Shown: positions 9,223 through 20,509, numbered from the stretch's first letter. The stretch is 64,000 nucleotides of DNA from Alphaproteobacteria bacterium (GCA_965237415.1 CBDEFM010000001.1:192001-256000); one strand, 5' to 3'. The notes: generated by a model not told the origin, from the sequence alone. A program made the numbers and translations.

Positions 9223-10311
9223 TCAGCCCGCGTCGCCTTGCCAGAGGTCCCAGGGCTTGGCCGCGTCGCTGGCAAATGGCAGCGCGACCTTGGCGCCGGT
9301 GCGGGCGGATTCGTAGGCCGCGAACAGCACCTCCTGCACGGCGCGCGCGTCTTCGCCTGTCACCAGCGGTGCCGTGCCGTTCTGCACGCAATCCACGAAG
9401 TGGTCGAACTCGGCCCAGAAGCCGTAGTTCCATTCCTCCTCGTAGATGGTGAAGCTCCAGCCCTGGGTGCCGCCGGCCTTCTCGACCGCGTAGTCGTAGC
9501 CGCCGCGGCTGTAGGTCTCGATCGAGTTGCCGTGGAGCAGGTCGGCGTAAGCCACGCCTTCGGAGCCGTGCACCTCGGACCTGTCGTCCATGCCGCCGGG
9601 CTTGGTCCAGCTGGTCTCGTTGAGGAAGAGACAGCCGCCCTCGAACTCCAGGATCAAGAGCGCGTTGTCCTCGCCCCTGGTCTTGTCGCCGTGCACCTGG
9701 ATCGAGAGCTGGGCGTAGACCGAGACGATCGGCGTCCGATCCATCATCCAGCGGGCGAAAGCGATGCCGTGGCAACCCATGTCCGCGAGCACGCCGCCGC
9801 CGGCGCGATCGACATCCCAGAAGTGGGGCGCGTGGGGGCCGTCATGCTTTTCCGACTGCTTGATCAGGGTCGGGCGGCCGAGCGCGCCGGCGTCGAGCAG
9901 CGACTTCATCCGCACATACTTCGGCGCGAAGCACACCTCCTCGGCATACATGAAGAGCACGCCGGCATCCTTGCAGGCGGCAACCATGCTGTCCGCCTCG
10001 GCCATGCTCAGGCACATGGGCTTCTCCAGCACGACGTGCTTGCCGGCAGCCGCGCAGTCCAGCACCAGCGGGCAATGGGTGTCGTTGGGCGTGCCGATCG
10101 CCACCATGTCGATATCGTCGCGCTCCAGCAGCGGGCGGTGATCGGTGCCGTGGTGGGAGAGGCCGTAGGTCTCTGCGAAGGCCTCGGCATGCCCCGGCGT
10201 CGGCGACGCCACTCCGATCAGTTTCGCATGGGGGTTGCGCACGAGCGCGCGGGCGTGAATCCCGCTCACGAATTGCGAACCCAGGAACCCGACACCAACC
10301 GGTTTCGTCAT
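9223..10311 (-). CDS. Gfo/Idh/MocA family oxidoreductase
   Basis: Rossmann N-terminus, GKHVVLEKP, GGGVLADMGCH. Confidence 0.9.
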   Translation of the reverse strand: MTKPVGVGFLGSQFVSGIHARALVRNPHAKLIGVASPTPGHAEAFAETYGLSHHGTDHRPLLERDDIDMVAIGTPNDTHCPLVLDCAAAGKHVVLEKPMCLSMAEADSMVAACKDAGVLFMYAEEVCFAPKYVRMKSLLDAGALGRPTLIKQSEKHDGPHAPHFWDVDRAGGGVLADMGCHGIAFARWMMDRTPIVSVYAQLSIQVHGDKTRGEDNALLILEFEGGCLFLNETSWTKPGGMDDRSEVHGSEGVAYADLLHGNSIETYSRGGYDYAVEKAGGTQGWSFTIYEEEWNYGFWAEFDHFVDCVQNGTAPLVTGEDARAVQEVLFAAYESARTGAKVALPFASDAAKPWDLWQGDAG

Positions 10312-10412
10312 CGACTGCCTCGCTCTTGCAGGGTTTGAACGGCAGTCTCCTTACTACAGGCGGGGGGCGCAAATCCGCAACTGGAGGTAACGGCGTGTGG
10401 GTCATGAGAGGG

Positions 10413-10508
10413 GCCGGGCCGACGGCTCGGACGGCGCGACCGCGTCGCGCGTCCACGCGCGCGGAGCGCACGATCGAGCGGAGCGAGCGCCCGGCGCCTG
10501 AGGGATAT
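10413..10508 (+). repeat. Dispersed ~95-bp structured intergenic repeat, copy 1
   Basis: Shares GCCGGGCCG..CGGACGGCGCGACCGCG...CGAGCGGAGCGAGCGCCCGGCGCyTGAGGGATAT with 22385-22478. Confidence 0.85.
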
Positions 10509-10515
10509 CAAAAAA

Positions 10516-10818
10516 TCAAAAGCCGTGCTTCGCGGCCTCCTCGGCGTACTTGCGCTTCTTCTCGGGCGTCGCCTCGGTCTGGAAGTGCTCCTTCCATTCC
10601 GCGTAGGTCATGCCGTAGACCTGCTGGCGCGCCTGCTCCAGGTCCATGTCGAGCCCCTTCTCCTCGGCGGCGGCGCGATACCACTTCGAGAGGCAGTTGC
10701 GGCAGAAGCCGGCGAGGTTCATCAGGTCGATATTCTGCACGTCGGTGCGCTTGCGCAGATGCGCGACCAGGGTGCGGAAGGCGGCGGCCTCCAGCTCAAC
10801 TTGAGTCTTATCGTCCAT
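10516..10818 (-). CDS. DUF1244 family protein
   Basis: DVQNIDLMNLAGFCRNCLSKWY and VYGMTYAEWK signature. Confidence 0.88.
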   Translation of the reverse strand: MDDKTQVELEAAAFRTLVAHLRKRTDVQNIDLMNLAGFCRNCLSKWYRAAAEEKGLDMDLEQARQQVYGMTYAEWKEHFQTEATPEKKRKYAEEAAKHGF

Positions 10819-11110
10819 TGCCTGCCTCCCCTGCGCCGGCGCTTGCCTCGGGACTGGCGCCCTCCGCTGCAAGCCTCGCCTCGAGCTTGGCCACGCGCTC
10901 GGCAAGCGCCTCGCTCTCACTCCGTGCCTTCGCCGCCATTTCCTTGACCGCGTCGAACTCGTCCCGCGGGACCAGGTCCATCTTCGCCAGGATCCCTTCG
11001 AGCCGGCGCTTGACCAGCGCGTCGAGCTCGCCCTTGAGGCCGCTCGCGGCCCCCATGGCCCCGGTGGCGACCCGCGCCACGTCGTCGAGTATGTGGCTGT
11101 CTGTCTGCAT
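10808..11110 (-). CDS. ubiK: Accessory factor UbiK / BMFP family coiled-coil protein
   Basis: ILDDVARVATGAMG and MDLVPRDEFDAVKEMAAKAR. Confidence 0.8.
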   Translation of the reverse strand: MQTDSHILDDVARVATGAMGAASGLKGELDALVKRRLEGILAKMDLVPRDEFDAVKEMAAKARSESEALAERVAKLEARLAAEGASPEASAGAGEAGNGR

Positions 11111-11276
11111 CGGCAGTCTCCTCAGGCCGGGCGCCAGTATGCCACGGTGTCCCACGCTGGCAATGAGCCGCCAGTCGGACAAACTGGATTGCTTCGGTCA
11201 TATCAAGTACCAGTGCATGGGAGGGATCGACGGTTGAGCCCGCAGTCCGGCTGCCACGCGCGGTTGCAGGTGAAGA

Positions 11277-12527
11277 ATGAACCGCGACGGGGTGCAGGGG
11301 GGCGGAATGAGCCGAGCGGCGAGCGGGCGTGCGCTCGGTCGCGTCGAATTCGTGGCCCTCGTCGGCCTCCTGATGTCGCTCGTCGCGCTTGCGATCGACG
11401 CGATGCTGCCGGCGCTGCCCGCGATCGGCCGCAACTTCGAAACGCCACGCCCCAATGACGTCCAGCTCGTCATCATGTCGCTGTTTCTGGGGCTTGGCTT
11501 CGGCCAGTTGCTGTTCGGCCCTCTCTCCGACCGCATCGGGCGCAAACCCGCCATCCATGCCGGCCTCGTCCTGTTCATGATCGGGTGCCTGGTGAGCATT
11601 TTCGCACCCACGTTCGAGGTCATGATCGCGGGCCGTGTCCTGCAGGGCGTGGGCGTCGCGGCCCCCCGCATCGTGATCATCGCCCTGGTGCGCGATCAGT
11701 ACGAGGGCCGCTCGATGGCCCGGCTCATGTCGTTCGCCATGGCCGTGTTCATTCTGGTTCCCACCGTCGCCCCGGCGCTAGGCCAGGGACTCCTCATCCT
11801 CGGAGGCTGGCACGCGATATTCATCACCTTCCTCGTCATCGCCGCGATGGTTTTCGCGTGGTTTGCGCTGCGCCAGCCGGAAACCCTGCCCGTTGCCCGG
11901 CGGCGGCCCTTCTCGCCGCGTGCCATCGGCCAGGCCGTGGGCGAGATACTGAGAATTCGGCCTGCGCTCGGCTACACGCTCGCCACGGGGTTCGTCTTCG
12001 CGCCTTTCGTCGCCTATCTCGGCTCGGCCCAGCAAATCTTCCAGGATGCCTATGGCACCGGCAGGCTCTTCCCACTCTATTTCGGGCTGCTCGCACTCTC
12101 CTTCGGCGGCGGTTCACTGGTGAACAGCCGCCTCGTGATGAAGTACGGGATGCGCCGGCTCTCGAAGGTCTCGGCCGCATTCATCGCGCTGATTTCGCTG
12201 ATCGCGTCGGCGGCCGTCTTCGCCTTCGACGGGCTTCCACCGTTCTGGCTCTTCATGTGTTATCTCCTCACCGTGTTTCTGGGCGTCAGCCTGTTGTTCG
12301 GGAATCTCAACGCTCTCGCCATGCAGCCTCTCGGCCACATCGCAGGCGTGGGAGCGGCAGTGATCGCTTCGCTTTCCACCTTCATCTCGGTGCCGTTGGG
12401 AGCCCTGGTGGGCCAGAGTTTCGACAGCACCGTCTACGCCCTGGTCGGCGCCTTCGCCGTCTCAGGGCTGGGCACCCTTGTTGCCATGCGGTGGGCCGAA
12501 GGCGGTGAAAGCGCCCAAGAAAGTTGA
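11277..12527 (+). CDS. Bcr/CflA family MFS efflux transporter
   Basis: ALAIDAMLPALP, GPLSDRIGRK, about 12 hydrophobic segments; start may be 11307. Confidence 0.9.
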   Translation: MNRDGVQGGGMSRAASGRALGRVEFVALVGLLMSLVALAIDAMLPALPAIGRNFETPRPNDVQLVIMSLFLGLGFGQLLFGPLSDRIGRKPAIHAGLVLFMIGCLVSIFAPTFEVMIAGRVLQGVGVAAPRIVIIALVRDQYEGRSMARLMSFAMAVFILVPTVAPALGQGLLILGGWHAIFITFLVIAAMVFAWFALRQPETLPVARRRPFSPRAIGQAVGEILRIRPALGYTLATGFVFAPFVAYLGSAQQIFQDAYGTGRLFPLYFGLLALSFGGGSLVNSRLVMKYGMRRLSKVSAAFIALISLIASAAVFAFDGLPPFWLFMCYLLTVFLGVSLLFGNLNALAMQPLGHIAGVGAAVIASLSTFISVPLGALVGQSFDSTVYALVGAFAVSGLGTLVAMRWAEGGESAQES

Positions 12528-12684
12528 GCTCCCTTCGCCCGATGCAAGGTTGCTGCCGGTCGGATATACGTGCACTGCCGAGTCCGAGGGCCCTCGTTTG
12601 TCGGGAGACGCATCGGACGGGCGCGCGGGCCTGCGCCGGCACCATTGACGGGATTCACCTGCGGAGCATGCACAAGGTGGCACC

Positions 12685-13308
12685 ATGACCGAGAGCGTGG
12701 GCGTGTTGCTCGCCGGCGGCCTCGCGCGCCGCATGGGGGGCGGCGACAAGTGCCTGCGGCCGCTCGCCGGCGAGACCCTGCTCGCGCGGGTGATTGAGCG
12801 CGCGGCACCCCAGGTCGGCCCGCTGATCCTAAATGCCAACGGCGATCCTGCGCGTTTCGCGTCCTACGGCCTGCCGGTGGTGGCCGATGTGGTGGAAGGC
12901 CACGCCGGGCCGCTCGCCGGCATTCTGACTGCGCTCGACTGGGCGGCGGAGAAGGCGCCCCACTGCCCGCTGGTGGCGAGCTTCGCCACCGATGCACCGT
13001 TCCTGCCGCGCGATCTGGTTGAGACGATGGCTGAGGCCCGCGACTTTGCCACCGCCGATCTTGCCTGCGCCGCTTCGGGCGGCCGGGCACATCCGGTGTT
13101 CGGCCTCTGGCCGGTGGCCCTCCGCTCCGACCTGCGCCAGGCCCTGGTCGAGCAGGGGGAGCGGAAGATCGACCGCTGGACAGCAAGCCACAGGCTGGTG
13201 GAGGTCGTCTTCCCCTGCGATCCCGTGGACCCGTTCTTCAATGCCAACCGCGCGGACGACCTGACTGAGGCCGAGCGCCTGATCGCGGAGCACGGCCAAG
13301 CCCTCTGA
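12685..13308 (+). CDS. mobA: Molybdenum cofactor guanylyltransferase
   Basis: [27 protein letters not shown]. Confidence 0.93.
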   Translation: MTESVGVLLAGGLARRMGGGDKCLRPLAGETLLARVIERAAPQVGPLILNANGDPARFASYGLPVVADVVEGHAGPLAGILTALDWAAEKAPHCPLVASFATDAPFLPRDLVETMAEARDFATADLACAASGGRAHPVFGLWPVALRSDLRQALVEQGERKIDRWTASHRLVEVVFPCDPVDPFFNANRADDLTEAERLIAEHGQAL

Positions 13309-13332
13309 GCCTGCTTCGGTAGGAGCGCGCCC

Positions 13333-14595
13333 TTACTCGTCCGCGTGGGCGTAGGTCAGGTCGTGCGGCGGCCGGTTGCCGAGGGCGGGATCGGTGCCCG
13401 CCGGCTGATAGGGCGCGCCGAGGGTGCCGATATCGAGCGGCACCGACTGCCCGAGCAGGCTGCGCGCGATGACCAGCCGCTGGATCGAGGGGGTGCCTTC
13501 CTCCAGCATGTTGATGCGGCATTCCCGGTAGAGCCGCTCCAGCGGATAGGGGTAGTCGGTGAAGTAGGCGCGCCCGCCGACCACGTCCATCGCCTTGTCC
13601 GTCACCCGCATCACGGTCTCCAACCCGAATAGCTTGGCGATCGAGGCCTCCACCGCGCAAGGCTCCTCGCGGTCGATCTTGGCGGCCACGTCATCCAGGA
13701 TGAGGCGCAGCGCGTAGACGTCGCGGGCCATGTCGGCGAGCTCGGACTGGACCGAGGGGCGGGCGGCGATGGGCCGGCCAAAGGTGATGCGCTTATCCGC
13801 GAAATGGAGGGCGATCTCCAGCGCGCGCTCGGCGGTGCCGAGCGAGCTCGCGGCGACGAAGACGCGGCTCGGCTCCAGCTCGCCGAGGAAGACCTCGAGG
13901 CCGTCGCCCTCGGCCCCCACCATGCTGTCCGCCGGCACCGGCGTGTCCTTGAAGCGCAGAATGCCGTGGGGCGGGCCGTTGTTGCCCATCATGTCGGGCA
14001 TCGGCTCGATGGTGAAGCCGGGCGCGCCGGTGGGCACCACCAGCGCGGTGAGCCCGCGCCGGTCGCCGCGTGCCGCGGTGCGGCAGCAGATGAGGTGGCC
14101 GGTGGCGAAGTCCGCATTGGTGATGTAGTGCTTCGCGCCGTTGACGATCCAGCGGTCGCCCTCGCGCCTCGCGTGCGTGCCCACATCCATGCCGCTCCCG
14201 GAATTGGGCTCGGTGATGGCGAAGGTGAGCGATTGCTCGCCCGTCGCCAGCGCCGGCAGCAGCGCTTTCTTCTGCGCCTCGGTGCCGTAGGCGACGACCG
14301 CACGCGCGCTCGTGTTGTGGACATGCAGCAGCACCCGGACGACACCGGAGACCTTCGAGAACTCGGCGAGAAGCGGCAGGTATTGGGTGCAGCTCAACGC
14401 GTTGCCGCCATATTCCTCGGGGATCACGGCGCCGAATAAGCCGTGCTCGCGGAACTGCGGGAAGAGTTCCTCCTGCGGGAACTTGCCCGTGCGCTCCATC
14501 TCGCTCGCCCTGGGCTCGACCTCGCGCCAGAGAAAATTGAAGATCCGCTTGCGGTAGGCCTCGTAGTCGCTCTCCGTCTCAAATCTGTTCACCAT
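13333..14595 (-). CDS. Acyl-CoA dehydrogenase family protein
   Basis: [35 protein letters not shown]. Confidence 0.9.
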   Translation of the reverse strand: MVNRFETESDYEAYRKRIFNFLWREVEPRASEMERTGKFPQEELFPQFREHGLFGAVIPEEYGGNALSCTQYLPLLAEFSKVSGVVRVLLHVHNTSARAVVAYGTEAQKKALLPALATGEQSLTFAITEPNSGSGMDVGTHARREGDRWIVNGAKHYITNADFATGHLICCRTAARGDRRGLTALVVPTGAPGFTIEPMPDMMGNNGPPHGILRFKDTPVPADSMVGAEGDGLEVFLGELEPSRVFVAASSLGTAERALEIALHFADKRITFGRPIAARPSVQSELADMARDVYALRLILDDVAAKIDREEPCAVEASIAKLFGLETVMRVTDKAMDVVGGRAYFTDYPYPLERLYRECRINMLEEGTPSIQRLVIARSLLGQSVPLDIGTLGAPYQPAGTDPALGNRPPHDLTYAHADE

Positions 14596-14678
14596 GCCGT
14601 GACTCCTGCCGATCCGGTTTGCCGCATCTCTGCGAGGTGCTATCTATCACACAAGGAAAAGACAGGTGTGAGGGCGAG

Positions 14679-15152
14679 ATGACTGAGACGGCGATTTTCG
14701 GAGCGGGCTGTTTCTGGGGCGTCGAGGCCGCGTTTCGCCGGGTCGATGGCGTCGCCGAAACCGCGGTGGGCTACTGCGGCGGCAGCACGGCCGAGCCCAT
14801 CTATCACGACGTGTGCAGCGGCATGACGGGCCACGCGGAGGTGGTGCGGGTCGTCTTAGACCCCGCGCGGGTGAGCTACGAGACGCTGCTCGAGCTCTTC
14901 TGGCAGGTGCACGACGCGACCCAGGTGAACCGCCAGGGACCCGACATCGGCACCCAGTATCGCTCGGTCATCTTCTTCGGCTCGGAGGCCCAGAAGGAGG
15001 CGGCGGAAGCCAGCAAGGCAGCGCTGGTGGCGGCGGGGCATCCGATCGCGACCCTGATCGAGCCGTCAGCGGACTTCTGGATGGCCGAGGACTACCACCA
15101 GCAGTATTTCGAGAAGAACCGGCGCATCCACGCCGGCCTCTTCCGCATCTGA
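14679..15152 (+). CDS. msrA: Peptide methionine (S)-sulfoxide reductase
   Basis: [25 protein letters not shown]. Confidence 0.95.
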   Translation: MTETAIFGAGCFWGVEAAFRRVDGVAETAVGYCGGSTAEPIYHDVCSGMTGHAEVVRVVLDPARVSYETLLELFWQVHDATQVNRQGPDIGTQYRSVIFFGSEAQKEAAEASKAALVAAGHPIATLIEPSADFWMAEDYHQQYFEKNRRIHAGLFRI

Positions 15153-15203
15153 CCGGCCGGGCTTTCCCCCGCCGCCAGAACCGCCGGCTGCGCCACACCG
15201 ATC

Positions 15204-16553
15204 ATGGGAACCGCCCAGGCGGGCAATTCCGCCGACCTGTTGGATGGGCTGATTGCGCGTGCGCGGCGGCTCGGCGCCGATGCCGCCGACGCCTTGTACG
15301 TGCACGGCAGCGCGCTCGAAGCAGGCTGCCGCCTCGGCGAGCCGGAAGACGTCGTCCGGGCGGAAGGCCGCAATCTGGGTTTGCGCGTCTTCGTCGGCGA
15401 CCGGCAGGCCATCGTCTCGACCACGGACCTCGCCGAAGACACGCTCGGGCCGCTTGCCGAGCGGGCGATCGCCATGGCGCGCTCGGTGCCGGAGGACCCC
15501 TATGCGGGCCTCGCCGATCCTGCCCGCCTCGCCCGGGACTGGCCCGCGCTCGACCTCGCCGATTCTGCTGAGCCCGATGCCGAGAGCTTGATGGCCCGCG
15601 CGGCGGAGGCGGAGGACGCCGCCCGCGCCGTTGCCGGCGTCACCAACTCTGAAGGCGCGGGCGCCAGCTGGGGGCGGTCGGAAGCGACGCTCGTGACCAG
15701 CGGCGGCTTTGCCGGCGGCTACGCGACCAGCCGGTTCTCGGTGAGCGCGGCAGTGCTGGCCGGCGACGGGACGGCGATGGAGCGCGACTACGACTGGTCG
15801 ACGTCGTTGTTTGAAGCCGATCTGGATGATGCCGCAGCGGTCGGCCGCCGCGCTGGTGAGCGCGCGGTGCGCCGGCTGGACGCGCGCAAGGCGCAATCGG
15901 GCCAGATGCCGGTGCTCTACGACCCCCGCATCGCCGGCGGGCTGGTCTCCCACCTCGCGGGTGCGATTTCCGGCCCGTCGATCGCGCGCGGAACGAGCTT
16001 CCTGAAGGACGCGCTTGAGACCCAGCTATTCGCGCCCGGCACCACCATCGTGGATGACCCGCACCGGGCGCGGGGGCTGCGCTCGCGCCCCTTCGACGGC
16101 GAAGGAGTCGCGACGGAACGGCGTGCGATCGTCGCCGACGGCGTGTTGCAAACCTGGCTGCTCGACAGCCGCTCGGCCCGCCAGCTCGGCCTTGCCAGCA
16201 CCGGCCATGCCGCGCGCGGCACCAGCGCGCCGCCCTCGCCCTCATGCTCCAACCTTTGGCTGGAACCGGGCGCCGAGAGCGCCGAGGCGCTCATCGGCGA
16301 GGTGGTGAGCGGCCTCTACGTCACCGAGTTGATGGGCATGGGTGTGAACCAGGTGACCGGCGACTACAGCCGGGGCGCGGCGGGCTTCTGGATCGAACGG
16401 GGCGAGATCGCCTATCCGGTGAGCGAGGTCACCGTCGCCGGCAACCTCAGAGACATGTTCCGCCACCTCACCCCGGCCAGCGACCTCTCGTTCCGCTACG
16501 GCGTCGACAGCCCGACCGTGCGGATCGATGGCATGACGGTCGCGGGCCGCTGA
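15204..16553 (+). CDS. pmbA: TldD/PmbA family protein (PmbA/TldE)
   Basis: MERDY, FDGEG, TGHA, TGDYSRGAAGFWIERG. Confidence 0.9.
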   Translation: MGTAQAGNSADLLDGLIARARRLGADAADALYVHGSALEAGCRLGEPEDVVRAEGRNLGLRVFVGDRQAIVSTTDLAEDTLGPLAERAIAMARSVPEDPYAGLADPARLARDWPALDLADSAEPDAESLMARAAEAEDAARAVAGVTNSEGAGASWGRSEATLVTSGGFAGGYATSRFSVSAAVLAGDGTAMERDYDWSTSLFEADLDDAAAVGRRAGERAVRRLDARKAQSGQMPVLYDPRIAGGLVSHLAGAISGPSIARGTSFLKDALETQLFAPGTTIVDDPHRARGLRSRPFDGEGVATERRAIVADGVLQTWLLDSRSARQLGLASTGHAARGTSAPPSPSCSNLWLEPGAESAEALIGEVVSGLYVTELMGMGVNQVTGDYSRGAAGFWIERGEIAYPVSEVTVAGNLRDMFRHLTPASDLSFRYGVDSPTVRIDGMTVAGR

Positions 16554-16647
16554 GGGCCGATAGCGCGTCCTCACCCTTCATACCCTAGCTAGAGCCTTCG
16601 CCCCTGCCGTGCTATTGGGCTAAATTCAAGCGTTTAGGCGTTGGCGC

Positions 16648-18444
16648 TTGAATCGGGCGAAAGCCGTGGAACGACCTGACCCACCCCAGCCACCAGGCTC
16701 GACGAGGCACCTCCTGGTTCGCCTCGTCCGCGAGCACGTGCGCCCCCACCTGGGCCGGCTGCTGCTCGCCGGGCTCTGCATGGTCCTTGCCGCCGGCTCC
16801 ATCGCATCGCTCGCCTATCTCATGGAGCCGGTGCTGGACGAGATCTTCCTGGAGAAGGACCGCTCGCTACTCATCGTGGTCCCCATCGCGGTCATCGGGA
16901 TAACGCTGATCCGGGGCGCCGCCACCTACGGGCAGGCGGTGCTGATGGCCTTCGTTGGCCAGCGCGTCATCGCCGACCTGCAGAGCCGGGTCTTCGCCCA
17001 CATCCTCCGCTTCGACCTCGCCTTCTTCCAGGACACGGCGTCGGGCCGGCTCGTCTCGCGGCTCACCAACGACGTCAACATGATGCGCAACGCCGTCTCG
17101 AACGCGCTCACCGGCATGGTCAAAGATTCGCTGACCCTGCTGTTCCTGGTCGGCGTCATGTTCGAGAAGGACTGGAAGCTCGCGCTGATCGCCTGCGTCG
17201 TCTTCCCCATCGCGATCTATCCGATCGCGAAGATCGGCAAGCGCATGCGCAAGATCTCGACGTCCGCGCTCAACGAGCTGGGCCTTTTCACCGCGCGCCT
17301 CAACGAGACGTTCCAAGGCGCGCGCCACGTCAAGGCCTACAACCGGGAGCGCTTCGAAGCAGAGCGCACCGACCGCCTGATCGAGAACGTCTTCCGGCTG
17401 ATCTTCAAGCAGCATCGCGTGCGTGCCGCCGCCACACCGATCATGGAGACCTTGGGCGGCATCTTTATCGCGCTTCTGATCCTCTATGGCGGATGGCAGG
17501 TGATCCAGGGCATGCTCACGCCGGGCGCCTTCTTCGCCTTCGTCACCGCCATGCTGCTCGCCTATCGGCCGCTCAAGGCGCTCGCTAATCTCAACGCCAG
17601 CTTGCAGGAGGGGCTCGCCGCGAGTCAGCGCGTGTTCGAACTGCTCGATACCGAGCCCCTCATCGTGGAGGCCCCGGATGCGCGTCCTCTCAAGATCGCG
17701 GGCGGCGCCGTCGCGCTGGAGGGTGTGCGCTTCACTTACCCCAACGGCGCGCCGGCGCTCCACGACCTCAGCCTGGAAATCCCGGCGGGAGAGACGGTCG
17801 CCATCGTCGGCCCCTCAGGCGCCGGCAAGTCCACGGTGCTCAACCTGATCCCCCGGTTCTATGACGTTGACGAGGGCGCGGTCAGGATCGACGGGCTCGA
17901 CGTCCGTGAGGCAACGATCGAGAGCGTGCGCGACGCGATGGCGCTGGTGAGTCAGGAGGCAGTGCTCTTCGACGACAGCGTCCGCGCCAACATCGCCTAC
18001 GGGCGGATCGATGCGAGCCACCAAGACATTGTGGCTGCCGCTCGCGCCGCCGGCGCCGAGCGCTTCATCCGGGAGCTCCCCGATGGTTATGACACGATGA
18101 TCGGCGAGCATGGGGTCAAGCTCTCCGGCGGCCAGCGGCAGCGGCTCTCCATCGCCCGCGCCATGCTCAAGGACGCCCCCATCCTGCTGCTCGACGAGGC
18201 GACGAGCGCGCTCGATGCCGAATCGGAGCGCCAGGTGCAGGAGGCATTGCGCAGCCTGATGCAGGGCCGGACGACCCTCGTCATCGCCCACCGCCTGTCA
18301 ACGGTCCAGGACGCCAACCGGATCTATGTTCTGGAGGGCGGCCTACTCGCAGAATCGGGCACGCACCGGTCGCTGCTGGCGGCGGGCGGCGTCTATGCGC
18401 GGCTTCATGCCACGCAGTTCGCCGCGGACATGGCTGCCGAATAG
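16648..18444 (+). CDS. msbA: Lipid A/LPS ABC exporter, MsbA-like
   Basis: TMD plus NBD (GPSGAGKS, LSGGQRQR, LDEATS); upstream of waaA-lpxK; exact start uncertain. Confidence 0.85.
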   Translation: MNRAKAVERPDPPQPPGSTRHLLVRLVREHVRPHLGRLLLAGLCMVLAAGSIASLAYLMEPVLDEIFLEKDRSLLIVVPIAVIGITLIRGAATYGQAVLMAFVGQRVIADLQSRVFAHILRFDLAFFQDTASGRLVSRLTNDVNMMRNAVSNALTGMVKDSLTLLFLVGVMFEKDWKLALIACVVFPIAIYPIAKIGKRMRKISTSALNELGLFTARLNETFQGARHVKAYNRERFEAERTDRLIENVFRLIFKQHRVRAAATPIMETLGGIFIALLILYGGWQVIQGMLTPGAFFAFVTAMLLAYRPLKALANLNASLQEGLAASQRVFELLDTEPLIVEAPDARPLKIAGGAVALEGVRFTYPNGAPALHDLSLEIPAGETVAIVGPSGAGKSTVLNLIPRFYDVDEGAVRIDGLDVREATIESVRDAMALVSQEAVLFDDSVRANIAYGRIDASHQDIVAAARAAGAERFIRELPDGYDTMIGEHGVKLSGGQRQRLSIARAMLKDAPILLLDEATSALDAESERQVQEALRSLMQGRTTLVIAHRLSTVQDANRIYVLEGGLLAESGTHRSLLAAGGVYARLHATQFAADMAAE

Positions 18445-18446
18445 GC

Positions 18447-19199
18447 ATGGGTCTCGGCAAGCGTGTCGCGCGGAGCCGGCTTGGGAGCGCCGTGCTCATC
18501 TGGCTTTACGCTCGCTTCGCGAGTCTGGTCTTCGTGACGACCCGCTGGCGGACGATCGGGCGCGAGGACGCCGATGCGCTGCTGCGCGCGGGCCGGCCCT
18601 TCATCTCCGCCTTCTGGCATGGCCGGCTAATGTTGGCGGCGCACGGCTGGCAGGCAGAGCCGCCGATCCACGTCATGATCTCCCGACACCGCGACGGCGA
18701 GAACATCGCCCGCGCAACGCGGCACTTGGGCGCGGTGCCGGTCCGCGGCTCGCGCACAAGGGGTGGCGCCGCGGCGCTCCGCGCTTCGCTGCGTGTGTTG
18801 AAGGAAGGCGGCTATCTCGCCATCTCTCCAGATGGGCCGCGCGGTCCCCGGATGCGCGTGCAACCCGGGATCATCGCGTTGGCGCGCCTCTCCGGGGCAC
18901 CTATTCTGCCGGTTACCTATGCAGTTTCGCGGCGCAAGGTCGCGAGAAGCTGGGATCGCTTCGTGATCGCGCTGCCGTTCGGCCGCGGTGTTTATTTGTG
19001 GGGATCGCCGCTTTATGTCGCCGCGGACGCCGACGACGCTGCAATGGAGGACGCGCGCCTGACCCTGGAGGAGCGGCTCAACGCGCTGACCGCGGAAGCC
19101 GACCGCATGGTAGGCGCGGAACCGATCGAACCGGCCCGGGACACCACGCGGGCAGACGACCGGCGTGCCGCCGCGGCGCCGGCCGGTGTACGCCCATGA
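18447..19199 (+). CDS. Lysophospholipid acyltransferase family protein (DUF374)
   Basis: FWHGRL, SRHRDGE, VRGS, PDGPRGP, SWDRF. Confidence 0.85.
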   Translation: MGLGKRVARSRLGSAVLIWLYARFASLVFVTTRWRTIGREDADALLRAGRPFISAFWHGRLMLAAHGWQAEPPIHVMISRHRDGENIARATRHLGAVPVRGSRTRGGAAALRASLRVLKEGGYLAISPDGPRGPRMRVQPGIIALARLSGAPILPVTYAVSRRKVARSWDRFVIALPFGRGVYLWGSPLYVAADADDAAMEDARLTLEERLNALTAEADRMVGAEPIEPARDTTRADDRRAAAAPAGVRP

Positions 19200-20509
19200 T
19201 CGAGGCCCTGATCACGCCGCGCAGCTACCGCTACGCCAGCTTGCTGGCCACGCCGGTCATCGATGCCTGGCTTGCCCATCGGCGGCGCCGCGGCAAGGAG
19301 GACGAGGCACGCTTCGGCGAGCGGCTGGGGCGGCCGAGTCTGCCGCGGCCCGAGGGCCGGCTGGTCTGGATGCACGGCGCGAGTGTCGGCGAGAGCCTGT
19401 CCCTGCTGCCGCTGGTCGCTCGATTGCGCGAAGCATTCCCTGACGTTCCAATTCTGATCACGTCCGGCACTGTCACCTCGGCCCAGCTTCTGAGCGAGCG
19501 CCTCCCAGCCAGCGTGCAGCATCAATTCGTGCCGGTCGACCGGCCGGGCGCGGTCAGACGATTTCTCCAGCATTGGCGGCCGGACCTGTCGGTCTGGGTG
19601 GAATCGGAGCTTTGGCCCAATCTCATTCTCGAAACCGCCGCAGGCGGCACCCCCATGCTCCTGCTCAACGGGCGCTTGTCCAGGCGCTCCGCCGCGCGCT
19701 GGCGGCGGGCGCCGAATTTGAGCCGGCCCCTGCTCGCGGTATTCGACTGCGTTCTGGCACAGACCGACGCGGACGCCGAGCGTTTCCGCGCGCTCGGCGC
19801 GCACAACGTCACTGTGCAGGGCAACCTCAAGAACGATGCGCCACCGCTGCCGGCGGACGAGAATGGCGTCGCGGCGCTGAGCCAGACCATCGGTGCCCGG
19901 CCTTGCTGGGCAGCGGCGAGCACCCATGAGGGCGAGGAGGCAACGGTCGCCGAGGCGATCTCTGCCCTGCGCCGGACCTTTCCCGACCTGCTCACGATCC
20001 TTGCGCCGCGCCACCCGAAGCGGGGCGATTCCATCGCCGATCTCCTGGGGCGACATGATCTCGCCGTCGCCCGCCGCTCGGCAAACGAAGCGATCGCGCC
20101 GACTACCGCCGTCTATCTCGTCGATACGCTGGGCGACCTTGGCCTTGTCTACCGCCTCGCCGACATCGCCTTCGTCGGCGGTTCGCTGGCGCCCCATGGC
20201 GGGCACAATCCGCTGGAACCGGCGCGGCTCGACTGCGCGCTCGTAACCGGCCCGCACACGGAGAATTTCGCGGAAGCCTACGCCGCGCTGGAGGATGCCG
20301 ACGCAGTCAACCGCGTGGCAGACGCCAATTCGCTCGTCACCGCCGTTCGCGCCCTGCTCGAAGACGAGGCTGCGCGGGCCAAGCGCTCGGCCGCCGCCCA
20401 TGAGGCCGCCCGAGCGCTGGGCGGCGCGGTGGAGGCGGCGCTCGGCCTTATCCGCGACCATCTCGAACCCTGCGGCCGCGATGCGCGCGCCGGCATTCTG
20501 GGCGGTTGA
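19196..20509 (+). CDS. waaA: Kdo transferase
   Basis: WMHGASVGE, ESELWPN, ASTHEGEE, APRHP, GGHNPLEPA. Confidence 0.93.
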   Translation: MIEALITPRSYRYASLLATPVIDAWLAHRRRRGKEDEARFGERLGRPSLPRPEGRLVWMHGASVGESLSLLPLVARLREAFPDVPILITSGTVTSAQLLSERLPASVQHQFVPVDRPGAVRRFLQHWRPDLSVWVESELWPNLILETAAGGTPMLLLNGRLSRRSAARWRRAPNLSRPLLAVFDCVLAQTDADAERFRALGAHNVTVQGNLKNDAPPLPADENGVAALSQTIGARPCWAAASTHEGEEATVAEAISALRRTFPDLLTILAPRHPKRGDSIADLLGRHDLAVARRSANEAIAPTTAVYLVDTLGDLGLVYRLADIAFVGGSLAPHGGHNPLEPARLDCALVTGPHTENFAEAYAALEDADAVNRVADANSLVTAVRALLEDEAARAKRSAAAHEAARALGGAVEAALGLIRDHLEPCGRDARAGILGG

